A stretch of 64,000 nt of DNA from a virus. Taxonomy: Duplodnaviria > Heunggongvirae > Uroviricota > Caudoviricetes. Positions 48,101-55,771 of the stretch are shown piece by piece; position 1 is the stretch's first letter, and each line of letters opens with the position of its first letter. The position numbers were made by a program, and so were the translations under genes. The DNA lies in the IMG/VR virus record IMGVR_UViG_3300040801_001888. One strand, 5' to 3'. The notes below the pieces were generated by a model. It saw only the letters and a program-made list of their open reading frames with translations. It ran no database searches and was not told where the DNA came from.

Positions 48101-48903
48101 TCTTCTGCGCCTCTGCTGAGGATGATAACCTCGGCGCCGTCTTTCTCCGCGCTCATGCCGTACTTCCACTCCTTCGGGATCGAACGCAGACCCGCGTACA
48201 GCTTACGGACTTGCTCGCAGTCGTTGTAGCTCAGCACCCAACGCACGCCGTGCATGTCGAGCTTGCGCAAGATGTTGCTGAGCTTTAGGTGGTTGAAGTC
48301 GTCCCCGTGGGCGCTGCCCTTGTCACCATACAGCTTGTTCTTGCCGTTGGTCAGCAGATAGGGCGGGTCCAGGTAGATCGTCGCTGGGGCGGCGAACCGA
48401 AGCGGGCGGCGGCGCAGGCTATCGAACGCATCGGCTGACCCGAACGACAACCCCGGCGGCGGGACAAAGTCGGCGAGGCGCTCCAGCGCGCTTTCGGTAT
48501 AACGGTCAGCAGACCCCATGCCGCCTGATAGCGTCGTGCCGGAAAAGGAACTGCGGTTGACGGCGTAGAACCAGCACGCTTGCTGGAATGGCGTCCCGTA
48601 TCCAGCGCGCAGTTGATTCTGCGCCAATGCGAACATGTCCTTGTCCATGGGGAAGAAGCGCCGGCGCAGGTAGCTCGCCATCGCCGGTCCCTGCCCAGCG
48701 AAGACCTGCTTCCAGAAGTTGACGAGGGGCTGGAAGGCGTCGCGAGCGACAACCTTGCCGTTGGGGTTTGCCGCAAGCCAGGCAAACTCAACCGCGCCGC
48801 CACCAAAGAAGGGGCTGTAGAGCGTCGTCGTGTCTACGGGAATCAGTGGTAGGATCTTGGTCGTGGCGCGTTGCTTGCCGCCGGGGTAGCGTAGAAGGCA
48901 CAT
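48097..48903 (-). CDS. Dam-like (D12-class) DNA N6-adenine methyltransferase
   Basis: N-terminus MCLLRYPGGKQR (RYPGGK AdoMet motif of the Dam/DpnM family) and catalytic DPPY (IYLDPPYLL); 268 aa. Confidence 0.85.
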   Translation of the reverse strand: MCLLRYPGGKQRATTKILPLIPVDTTTLYSPFFGGGAVEFAWLAANPNGKVVARDAFQPLVNFWKQVFAGQGPAMASYLRRRFFPMDKDMFALAQNQLRAGYGTPFQQACWFYAVNRSSFSGTTLSGGMGSADRYTESALERLADFVPPPGLSFGSADAFDSLRRRPLRFAAPATIYLDPPYLLTNGKNKLYGDKGSAHGDDFNHLKLSNILRKLDMHGVRWVLSYNDCEQVRKLYAGLRSIPKEWKYGMSAEKDGAEVIILSRGAEE

Positions 48904-48969
48904 AGTGCGGAATCCTCTCAGGTTGCGGTTGTGGTTGATGGTCCGGGTTGCTCCCTGACCATGGAGAGT

Positions 48970-48997
48970 ATTATACAGTAGCTAGCGTGTCAGTCAA
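48970..48997 (-). promoter_or_regulatory. sigma70-consensus promoter (TTGACT-N16-TATAAT) driving the MTase/REase operon
   Basis: Near-identical copy of the 46,385 element, including the same long leader and the RBS gagaggattccgcactATG. Confidence 0.6.
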
Positions 48998-49167
48998 GCC
49001 TCTTTTTTTTTCTTTTTTACCTTATCGTAAGCTTCCAGAGCTTGCGGCATTGTCGTGTTGATACCTTCACGCGCTTGCGTCGCGACAATGGCTCTCGCGA
49101 ACAGTTCGCGCCGCAATTGGGCGCTTTTAAGGATTCTCGGTAAGAGTGCGCGCCGGCTGCTCTTCAC

Positions 49168-49371
49168 CTAGGTCATCCTCTCATTGTGCGGGTTGACTCC
49201 TGGAACGGGGACAGCGCCGTTGTTGCGGATATCTGCCCATGACCACGACTCCGCGCCGTCGACGTGCAACAGGAAAGAGATCTCGCCCTCGGGCAGTTCC
49301 GGGTGCGCCGTGTCCCGGAGGATCTTCTGCACCGCTTCGGAGATCTCGCGTTTTTGTCTTACTGAAAACAT
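49168..49371 (-). CDS. hypothetical protein
   Basis: 67 aa. Confidence 0.3.
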   Translation of the reverse strand: MFSVRQKREISEAVQKILRDTAHPELPEGEISFLLHVDGAESWSWADIRNNGAVPVPGVNPHNERMT

Positions 49372-49381
49372 TGATCTAGTC

Positions 49382-49768
49382 CTATCGCTTGGACGCCCAG
49401 ATGGCGTCGCTGAGCTGCTTGTGGATAGGGTCCGAAGGCGCGTACCAGTTCAGGGCGCGCTGAGCCTGGACGCCGTTGCAATCCAGCTTGCCATCGCTCA
49501 GAGTGCAGTTCTCGACCTCGATGGCGTACTCGATCAGCTCGGCGCGCTCGGCGGCGGTGTGCTCTGGCCAGCCGCACTGCAGGGCGGTGTACTCGCCTTG
49601 GTTCATCCACTGACCGTTGTGCTCGATGTAGCAGGCCGATGCGCCGCAGTTGCCGCCGGCATACAGGAAGGACTCGACGTTGTCGCGGCACTCCTCCCAC
49701 TGGCCGGCTACGGCGACGTTGGCGACAAGGGCGAAAGCGAGCGGGGCGATGATGGTGGTGATCTTCAT
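49382..49768 (-). CDS. secreted Cys-rich protein
   Basis: Signal peptide MKITTIIAPLAFALVANVAVAGQ then 8 Cys in ~100 aa. Confidence 0.45.
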   Translation of the reverse strand: MKITTIIAPLAFALVANVAVAGQWEECRDNVESFLYAGGNCGASACYIEHNGQWMNQGEYTALQCGWPEHTAAERAELIEYAIEVENCTLSDGKLDCNGVQAQRALNWYAPSDPIHKQLSDAIWASKR

Positions 49769-49857
49769 GGCGTCCTCAGTAGGCTAGGTTAGGTTGCGGT
49801 GCTTGGTCTCGCCGCGCTTGGCGGCGCGCTTGCGGTCCCGGTGGACCGCCGCCCGGT

Positions 49858-50154
49858 TTACTCGCCGAGCGTGCTTTGCGACTGGGTTTCGCATTGGTTC
49901 AGTGCTCCTAAGATCTTGAAGGCGGTCTGCTGGCTCCACGTCATCACGCCGGGGTTGAAGGTCGCGATCATGGCGTTGCTCGTAGTGCGGGTGGGTCCGC
50001 GCAGGACCATCTGGTGGACGTCGCCGTTGCGGTCGTTCTCCAGGTAGTACGGACCCGGCGGCACCGTGTCGATGCGATCGACGTGGAAGCGTGCGACGCT
50101 GGCTTCCAGATCGATGCCTTCAGGGGCGTAGTAGTTCAGTGTTTCGGATGACAT
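49858..50154 (-). CDS. hypothetical protein
   Basis: 98 aa. Confidence 0.35.
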   Translation of the reverse strand: MSSETLNYYAPEGIDLEASVARFHVDRIDTVPPGPYYLENDRNGDVHQMVLRGPTRTTSNAMIATFNPGVMTWSQQTAFKILGALNQCETQSQSTLGE

Positions 50155-50199
50155 GGTCGTTCCTCTTAGGTTGCGCCCAGCCGAGACCGGGCGTCTGGG

Positions 50200-50493
50200 T
50201 TAAATGCTCGTGTAAAGTCCGGTCTTGTCGGTGAAGATTTCCTGCAGCTGGTCGCAGTAGACTCTTTCGATCACCGGCTGGGGCTTGTAAGTCGTGCCGC
50301 GAATGTAGCCGAACTCGAGGTTATAGGTATCGCTCGGGTCGAGCGTGACCTTGAGATAATTCAGCTTGTTGCTGGTCGGGAAGCGAAAGCTTAGCCCGTC
50401 GCCATGGCTGACGAAGTTCTTGGCGCCAGTCATGGCGCGGAAGCGGTTACCGCCAAGCTGCTCTAGGATAGTGGTGGCGATTGTCATGGACAT
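50200..50493 (-). CDS. hypothetical protein
   Basis: Start set at the MSMTIATT methionine, which has the RBS gaggaacgcatcATG; a 32-bp palindrome lies just upstream. Confidence 0.4.
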   Translation of the reverse strand: MSMTIATTILEQLGGNRFRAMTGAKNFVSHGDGLSFRFPTSNKLNYLKVTLDPSDTYNLEFGYIRGTTYKPQPVIERVYCDQLQEIFTDKTGLYTSI

Positions 50494-50522
50494 GATGCGT
50501 TCCTCATTAGGTTGCGGTGTCT

Positions 50523-50554
50523 GTGTCAGTGAGGATATTCTCTCACACTGACAC
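50523..50554. promoter_or_regulatory. 32-bp imperfect palindrome (operator-like) in the leader of the 50,493 gene
   Basis: GTGTCAGTGAGgatattctCTCACACTGACAC. Confidence 0.4.
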
Positions 50555-50579
50555 TTTAGGGTATAGTACCGTTCGTCGG

Positions 50580-50807
50580 TTAGCTTTCGGCGCAGTAGAC
50601 CGCGCCCAGCTCTGGCATCTCGAGCCGCTCGACGGCGTAGCGCGCCAGCGCTCGACCGGTGGCAGGGTCGTGGTCTTCGATCTCGCCCAGCTTGGTATCG
50701 GGCGTGATCAGCATGCCCTGGAAGCTGTTCGGGACGCCGCAACCGTTGAGCACCTTCCAGGTGCCCCAGTCGACGGCGCGACCGTAAGTTGAGAGTTGAT
50801 AAATCAT
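50580..50807 (-). CDS. hypothetical protein
   Basis: 75 aa from MIYQLSTYG. Confidence 0.35.
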   Translation of the reverse strand: MIYQLSTYGRAVDWGTWKVLNGCGVPNSFQGMLITPDTKLGEIEDHDPATGRALARYAVERLEMPELGAVYCAES

Positions 50808-51001
50808 TGGTCTGCTCCGGAGGCGATGCGAAGGCGGTTCTTGTTGAAGTCGTGACGCAGTTGGGTCAGCCTGGACATCATGAAGTAGTCGGTCCATGCC
50901 GGGTTGGAAAGACGACTTTCCTCGGTGCTGGTGGTCTCTCGCAGGCGCCGGGACTGCCCCAGGATGATTCGGGCGTCCTCGTCGGTGAGCATGATTCTCA
51001 T
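50804..51001 (-). CDS. hypothetical protein
   Basis: 65 aa, first gene after the promoter at 51,046-51,073. Confidence 0.35.
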   Translation of the reverse strand: MRIMLTDEDARIILGQSRRLRETTSTEESRLSNPAWTDYFMMSRLTQLRHDFNKNRLRIASGADQ

Positions 51002-51045
51002 ATCGGCGTTCCTCTTAGGTTGCGTTTGTTGCTGCGATGGAGAGT

Positions 51046-51073
51046 ATTATACATGGCTTGCGTGTCAGTGCAA
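51046..51073 (-). promoter_or_regulatory. sigma70-consensus promoter (TTGCAC-N16-TATAAT)
   Basis: Minus-strand TTGCACTGACACGCAAGCCATGTATAAT + leader catcgcagcaacaaacgcaacctaagaggaacgccgatATG. Confidence 0.6.
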
Positions 51074-51107
51074 GCCTTTTTAGCTCTCTTATCGACTAAC
51101 GAGTGAT

Positions 51108-51572
51108 CTACTCGGCGAGCACCAGGCGCAGCTTTCCGAGGGTGCCTTCGCGGTCGCTTTGGAGATAGCGCTTCGGCAGCGACGCAACGAACGCCTGCCC
51201 TGGGTGGCGATGGTACGCCCGGATGACCCGCTCACCGACTTTGAGCAAGTACTTCGGCTTCGGGGGCTCGCCCGTGAACGCCCGGCGCGACGCCGGACGC
51301 CGGACACCGATTGATCGGGCTATCGATTGCCACACGCGGTCGTGCTTGTGCTCCGGTCCGGCGATGGCGTGCGCTATTTCGTGCAGGATGGTCTGCTCGG
51401 TGGCGTCGCCCGACTCGGTGGCGGTGAGAACGCGGGAGAGCTGGATCTCGCGCGTAACGTAGCGGCACAGTCCGAAGCTGGTCTTGCGGTTGTTCCAGCT
51501 GAAGGCCCAGCTGGAGTCCAGGTGCTTAGCGATCAGGGCGCGGGCCAGGGTCTGGGCGGCGTTCAGGTCCAT
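51108..51572 (-). CDS. SprT-like zinc metalloprotease domain protein
   Basis: HEIAHAIAGPEHKHDRVW (HExxH) in a SprT-like context (WAFSWNNRKTSFGLC). Confidence 0.6.
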   Translation of the reverse strand: MDLNAAQTLARALIAKHLDSSWAFSWNNRKTSFGLCRYVTREIQLSRVLTATESGDATEQTILHEIAHAIAGPEHKHDRVWQSIARSIGVRRPASRRAFTGEPPKPKYLLKVGERVIRAYHRHPGQAFVASLPKRYLQSDREGTLGKLRLVLAE

Positions 51573-51653
51573 GGGCGTTCCTCTCAGGAGGCTGTTGGGT
51601 TGGCTGGTTGGTGGGTTGGTAGGTTGGCGCCCGGCTGCCCCGGGCGGCGCTGG

Positions 51654-51884
51654 CTACATCGTAGCGTTGATCACGGGAGCCATGCTGTACCGTCCCAGGG
51701 GCATCGCCCACTCGCGTCCCGTGGTCCGTTCGGTGTGGATGCCGACGCGCTTGGTCTTGCCGCCGTACTCGACGGTGATGAACTTCGCCGTCCGCTTGGT
51801 GACCTTGAACGAGAAGACGCACGAGTAGTCGCAGATGCTGCGGGTGGTGTAGGTCTCGCCGACTTTGAAGGTTGCGGTGTTCAT
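51654..51884 (-). CDS. hypothetical protein
   Basis: 76 aa, first gene after the promoter at 51,928-51,955. Confidence 0.35.
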   Translation of the reverse strand: MNTATFKVGETYTTRSICDYSCVFSFKVTKRTAKFITVEYGGKTKRVGIHTERTTGREWAMPLGRYSMAPVINATM

Positions 51885-51927
51885 GATGCGTTCCTCTTAG
51901 GTTGCGTTCGTTGCTGCGATGGAGAGT

Positions 51928-51955
51928 ATTATACAGGGCTTGCGTGTCAGTGCAA
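51928..51955 (-). promoter_or_regulatory. sigma70-consensus promoter (TTGCAC-N16-TATAAT)
   Basis: Identical core to 51,046 and 54,876; same CATCGCAGCAACGAACGCAACCTAAGAGGAACG leader. Confidence 0.6.
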
Positions 51956-52014
51956 GCCCTTTCTTCGATTTATTTTGATTCTTTCAGGGCGCCGTCCATG
52001 GCGTGGCGCGGCGG

Positions 52015-52239
52015 TTAGTCGAGGCGGGCCGCGTCGCGTGGGACTTTACGCGGACCTCCGAGGCCGACCTGCTCGTTACGGATCTTGACCTCGCGCGGGG
52101 CGCTGAACAGCAGCTGAAGATGACCGCGCTCGGCCATGCGGACATAGACGCCGACGGGGTCCGCTTGACCGGGGATGTCCATGCGGACGTAGTCCCAACC
52201 AGCGGGGCGGCGGTAAAGGTCGACTTTCAAGTTACCCAT
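52015..52239 (-). CDS. hypothetical protein
   Basis: 74 aa. Confidence 0.35.
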   Translation of the reverse strand: MGNLKVDLYRRPAGWDYVRMDIPGQADPVGVYVRMAERGHLQLLFSAPREVKIRNEQVGLGGPRKVPRDAARLD

Positions 52240-53368
52240 GTGCGTTCTCCTGGAAAGGGTTAGCCGCTCGTGGTATCGGTTTCGGGGTACGGTTCAGACA
52301 AGGCGACACGTACTGCCGCAGGATCTGCACAGCTTCGTTGAGCCGAGCCTGGAACTCCTCCGGGTAGCGATCCGGGTGTATCAAGCGGATCAGTTTACTG
52401 AACGTCTCCACCGGCATGATCGCGGTCATGCCCTCACGGATCTGGCGCGCTCGGCGAGCCTCGGCCATCCTTTGCCGTTCGAGATCCGACGCAGCGTCGA
52501 GCTTCACCTGCCACTGGGCGCGGAGCTTTTCCATCTCGACGCGCAGTTCGGCGTTACCGACCGCGCGGATGCGGGCGACCTCCTTCTGCACGAGCTGGTC
52601 GAACTCGCGCTGCTTACGCTGGCTCAGCGTTTCCTTCTGCTGTTGGATCTCCGCCTTAACAGTATCGGGCTCGCGCGCGGCTTTAAGCTGGTAGGCGATC
52701 TCTTGGTGCCGCTGGATTTGTTCCGGCGTGCAGCCTCCTTGCGGGAACTGCGCGTCAGGAGCGATCTCCAGGATGGATTGCTTCAGGGCGGTCTTCTGTA
52801 CCGAGCTTAGGTTCGATCGCGGGCACAGTTCGGCGTCGCCATAGGGCAGCGTCCAGGACTGGCGCACGGGCTTGCTTTCCGTCTTCGGCTTGCTCTCGGT
52901 CTTCAGCTTGCTCTCGGTCTTCAGCTTGCTCTCGGTCTTCGGCTTGCTCTCGGTCTTCGGCTTGCGTGCCTTCACCTCCTTACGTACTTGGTTCACGGTC
53001 CAGTCCTCTTTAGCGGCTCGCTCCAGTACCTCGGCGCGTTCCTCGGGGGTGGGCAGGCTGGCGGCGACTTCGTGAGCCCTAAAGCAGATGTCAGTCCGAA
53101 CTGACATTTGGTATTTCTGGCTTACGCTTGCGTAATTACGGGCTACTGCGTAGTTCAGCCCCGCCTTCTCACACGCCGCCTTCTTGTCGCCCCAGGGGAT
53201 GCCGTTGTACCAGTCGCCGATCAGCCACTGGAGGGACTTGTCCGCGCGTCCGAGTGCGGTGCCCATGTCGAGCCACTCTTGCTCGGTTGGGTCGCCATGG
53301 ACCTCCAACCCCGTCAGGGTTGCGCGCAGGTTCGGGGTTGAGTCGATTTCGATCATTTCGTTATCCAT
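52232..53368 (-). CDS. J-domain (DnaJ-like) protein with a central KPKTES tandem-repeat tract
   Basis: C-terminal FSKLIRLIHPDRYPEEFQARLNEAVQIL carries the HPD tripeptide in J-domain helix context; the centre has (KPKTES)n encoded by an 18-bp tandem repeat. Confidence 0.5.
   Translation of the reverse strand: MDNEMIEIDSTPNLRATLTGLEVHGDPTEQEWLDMGTALGRADKSLQWLIGDWYNGIPWGDKKAACEKAGLNYAVARNYASVSQKYQMSVRTDICFRAHEVAASLPTPEERAEVLERAAKEDWTVNQVRKEVKARKPKTESKPKTESKLKTESKLKTESKPKTESKPVRQSWTLPYGDAELCPRSNLSSVQKTALKQSILEIAPDAQFPQGGCTPEQIQRHQEIAYQLKAAREPDTVKAEIQQQKETLSQRKQREFDQLVQKEVARIRAVGNAELRVEMEKLRAQWQVKLDAASDLERQRMAEARRARQIREGMTAIMPVETFSKLIRLIHPDRYPEEFQARLNEAVQILRQYVSPCLNRTPKPIPRAANPFQENAHG
52871..52960. 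repeat. 18-bp tandem repeat x5 (cttgctctcggtcttcRg) encoding (KPKTES)n on the minus strand
   Basis: Direct reading of the sequence; four perfect and one degenerate copies. Confidence 0.8.
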
Positions 53369-53411
53369 CGTTCTTGCCTCTTAGGTCGTAGCCGTCCCTG
53401 GCTTGTGCTGA

Positions 53412-53909
53412 CTATTCCGTGCGCTGGCGCTGTCCGGTGACGACCATGGAACGCGGCGCGAACGTCATGCCCTCGCTCAGCACGTCGCGGATCGTCTTAC
53501 CCACCAACTGCGCGGTGATGCCGTCCACCCGTGCGTGCTTCGGCACGCGGGTGCGCAGCAACAGGTTGTCGCCGTTGGGTCCACTGTCCATCTGGATGAA
53601 GCGGTCGCCGATGATGGCCTCGTTCGCGGCCAGGTTGCCGTGGGTCACGTGACCGTCCAAGACCGGGCGGATGACGTCCGAGTACAAGGTGGCGTAGCCG
53701 TTGCGCAGTCCCACCTTAACGGCGGTGCGCAGGGGCATCAGTCCGCCGTCACCCGTGGGGCGCAAAGCCTCGAACTCGGCGAAGGTGCCGGGCGCGTGAA
53801 AGCCGACCTCCTGCCCGGTGCCCTCGACGGGCGTGTCGTCGACCTCGTAGTCGGCGTCGGTGAGCGGCTCGTCGTGGATGGGGTTCTGGGTGTTGGTCTC
53901 GTCGTTCAT
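53412..53909 (-). CDS. hypothetical protein with an acidic N-terminus
   Basis: 165 aa. Confidence 0.35.
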   Translation of the reverse strand: MNDETNTQNPIHDEPLTDADYEVDDTPVEGTGQEVGFHAPGTFAEFEALRPTGDGGLMPLRTAVKVGLRNGYATLYSDVIRPVLDGHVTHGNLAANEAIIGDRFIQMDSGPNGDNLLLRTRVPKHARVDGITAQLVGKTIRDVLSEGMTFAPRSMVVTGQRQRTE

Positions 53910-54112
53910 TGTGATGTATGCCTCGATTGATCCGCTGCGGTGATGTAGCGCTCGAGCTGTTCAGCGGTATAGCCAGCATCGAGCAGACGTCGCGCCAGTA
54001 GCGCGAACAGGTCTCGGTCGAGGGTCTCCCGATGGGCGTCGAGCCCCGGGAATACCGTGCGAAAGAGGAAGTCTTGCTCCTCAGTAGTCAATGGTTGCGG
54101 GGTGCGTGACAT
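53906..54112 (-). CDS. hypothetical protein
   Basis: 68 aa. Confidence 0.3.
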   Translation of the reverse strand: MSRTPQPLTTEEQDFLFRTVFPGLDAHRETLDRDLFALLARRLLDAGYTAEQLERYITAADQSRHTSQ

Positions 54113-54395
54113 AGTTGCCGTCTCCGATGTGCTCCATCAGCTCGCCCATGTCCGGCTCGAAGAAGGTCGGCGCACGCATCTGAACCTGCTCCATCAGCGC
54201 GTAGATCTCGTCGAGCGCGGTTGCCTGCGCGGCGTTGCCGCCAGCGGCGTGTGCGTTCATCCTCTGGACCCTGTAGGCGTGTTCCGTGAGCAGGTCCATG
54301 GTGGCTTCGTAGTCGCTACCGCCAAGGTGGAACCTAGAGACGGCGTTGCGTGCGCGATTGACGAACTGAGTGGAGCGGTTGATCGTGGTGGTCAT
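54081..54395 (-). CDS. hypothetical protein
   Basis: 104 aa. Confidence 0.35.
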   Translation of the reverse strand: MTTTINRSTQFVNRARNAVSRFHLGGSDYEATMDLLTEHAYRVQRMNAHAAGGNAAQATALDEIYALMEQVQMRAPTFFEPDMGELMEHIGDGNYVTHPATIDY

Positions 54396-54580
54396 TGGTT
54401 TGCCTCATGTTGTGTTTCGGCCCTGCTAGGCCATCATCAGCACCGCAGCGTTAGCGGTGGACACTGCGCAGGTGGTACTCCCCTGCGCTTTGCCCCGGTT
54501 TACGGTCGTGGGTACTTGACGTCCGACCGAGAGATTGTTGGTCTCTCACCCTTATAGCGTTTCTGGCCTAAAGCCTTGAT

Positions 54581-54826
54581 TCAAAAGAAGGGTTTGATGC
54601 CCCTGGCATGACACTCGATGCAGTGCGCAATCTTCAAGTCGGTCTCGAAGTGCCGCACCGGCGCATCTCCACGTGCCATGCCGTGCACGTAGGTGAACAC
54701 GTTCCCACCGATCTCGTAGGTGTGCTTCACTTCTTTGCCGCTGGTGTCCGGCTGACGCGAGACTTTGGCCCCATGCGAGGTCAGCACGTGGATAACGTGT
54801 TTTTGTTCTGCTGTTCGTTTGCTCAT
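54581..54826 (-). CDS. hypothetical protein (Cys/His-containing)
   Basis: 81 aa, first gene after the promoter at 54,876-54,903; contains HCIECHARG. Confidence 0.35.
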   Translation of the reverse strand: MSKRTAEQKHVIHVLTSHGAKVSRQPDTSGKEVKHTYEIGGNVFTYVHGMARGDAPVRHFETDLKIAHCIECHARGIKPFF

Positions 54827-54875
54827 GTCGTTTTACCTCATGTTTGCCGCAGCGGTTGTTGCTGCGATGGAGAGT

Positions 54876-54903
54876 ATTATACAGGGCTTGCGTGTCAGTG
54901 CAA
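54876..54903 (-). promoter_or_regulatory. sigma70-consensus promoter (TTGCAC-N16-TATAAT)
   Basis: Identical core; located between the terminator at 54,936-54,972 and the gene starting at 54,826. Confidence 0.6.
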
Positions 54904-54935
54904 GCCTTTTTCGATACTATTTTTCTTCAGACAAA

Positions 54936-54972
54936 GAAAAAGCCCCCGCCAGTTTCCCGGTGGGGGCTTTCT
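54936..54972 (-). terminator. rho-independent terminator (leftward)
   Basis: GCCCCCGCC...GGTGGGGGC hairpin followed on the minus strand by TTTTTCTTTGTCT; sits between the gene ending at 55,000 and the next promoter. Confidence 0.55.
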
Positions 54973-54999
54973 ATCGGGTCGCGCTCTATCTAACGAGCG

Positions 55000-55419
55000 T
55001 TACGCCATGCCAGCAAACTGGGTTGGGGCCGGCGGCGGCGGGGGAGGAGGGGCTGCCTGGACTGCCGGGGCTGCCTGGGCGGCGGCTGCCTGGGCGGCTG
55101 CCTTGGCTGCCTGCTTCTCCTGCTCAGCCTTGGCGGCTTCGTCGGCATAGAACTGATCGGACAGTTGCCTGGCAGCCGGCGACAGCAGGCCCTCGGCTTC
55201 CAGCCAGCTGAGCAGCGGCAGGCCGATGGTTTCGACGCGTGTCATCTGAGCACGCACGGCGCGGTCGGACATGTCAGCCGGATACTCGACAGTCTGCAGG
55301 AACAGCTGAATAAGTCCGCCGTGGGAAGCTCGGGCCTCGTGGGCGATCATCGCGGACTGACTCAGGAACTCGGTGCCGTCGGCGGCAATCCAGACTTCGC
55401 GTTGTACTTTCTGACCCAT
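55000..55419 (-). CDS. hypothetical protein with an Ala/Pro-rich C-terminus
   Basis: 139 aa, followed by the terminator at 54,936-54,972. Confidence 0.35.
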   Translation of the reverse strand: MGQKVQREVWIAADGTEFLSQSAMIAHEARASHGGLIQLFLQTVEYPADMSDRAVRAQMTRVETIGLPLLSWLEAEGLLSPAARQLSDQFYADEAAKAEQEKQAAKAAAQAAAAQAAPAVQAAPPPPPPPAPTQFAGMA

Positions 55420-55666
55420 AGTGGGATTCTCCGTGGTGTGTTGTGGGGGTTTAGCGGGGTTAACGTGTCTGCACTAGCGCACACCGGTTAGTATACGGCG
55501 CGCCGTGAGATTGTCAAACCGTTGATTCTACTGGTACGCCGTTCCAGACCGACGAACGGCTGTCTGGTGCGCTTGTGCCGACTTATCTGGTGCGGCTATC
55601 CTGGAAAGTCCGGCTGCCGTTCGGGCGGTCCTTAACCACAATGAGAATCAGTTATGAAACTACCAA

Positions 55667-55710
55667 CAAAAAAAACCCCGGGGCAGGGTATGACTGCGCC
55701 GGGGCTTGGT
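55667..55710 (-). terminator. rho-independent terminator (leftward), upstream of the rightward primase gene
   Basis: CCCCGGGGC...GCGCCGGGG hairpin; on the minus strand it is followed by T8. Confidence 0.5.
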
Positions 55711-55771
55711 TCATCCATCAACCGAGGGTACTACGCTACAGGCACTCGAAACACGCTAGGAGACGTGCAAG

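Noticed and set aside
48097-48169. N-terminal 23-codon extension of the REase-like ORF (MEVRHERGERRRRGYHPQQRRRR)
   Set aside because: It lies entirely inside the MTase coding sequence in another frame; the MNQIRV ATG gives a clean ATGA stop-start overlap typical of coupled genes.
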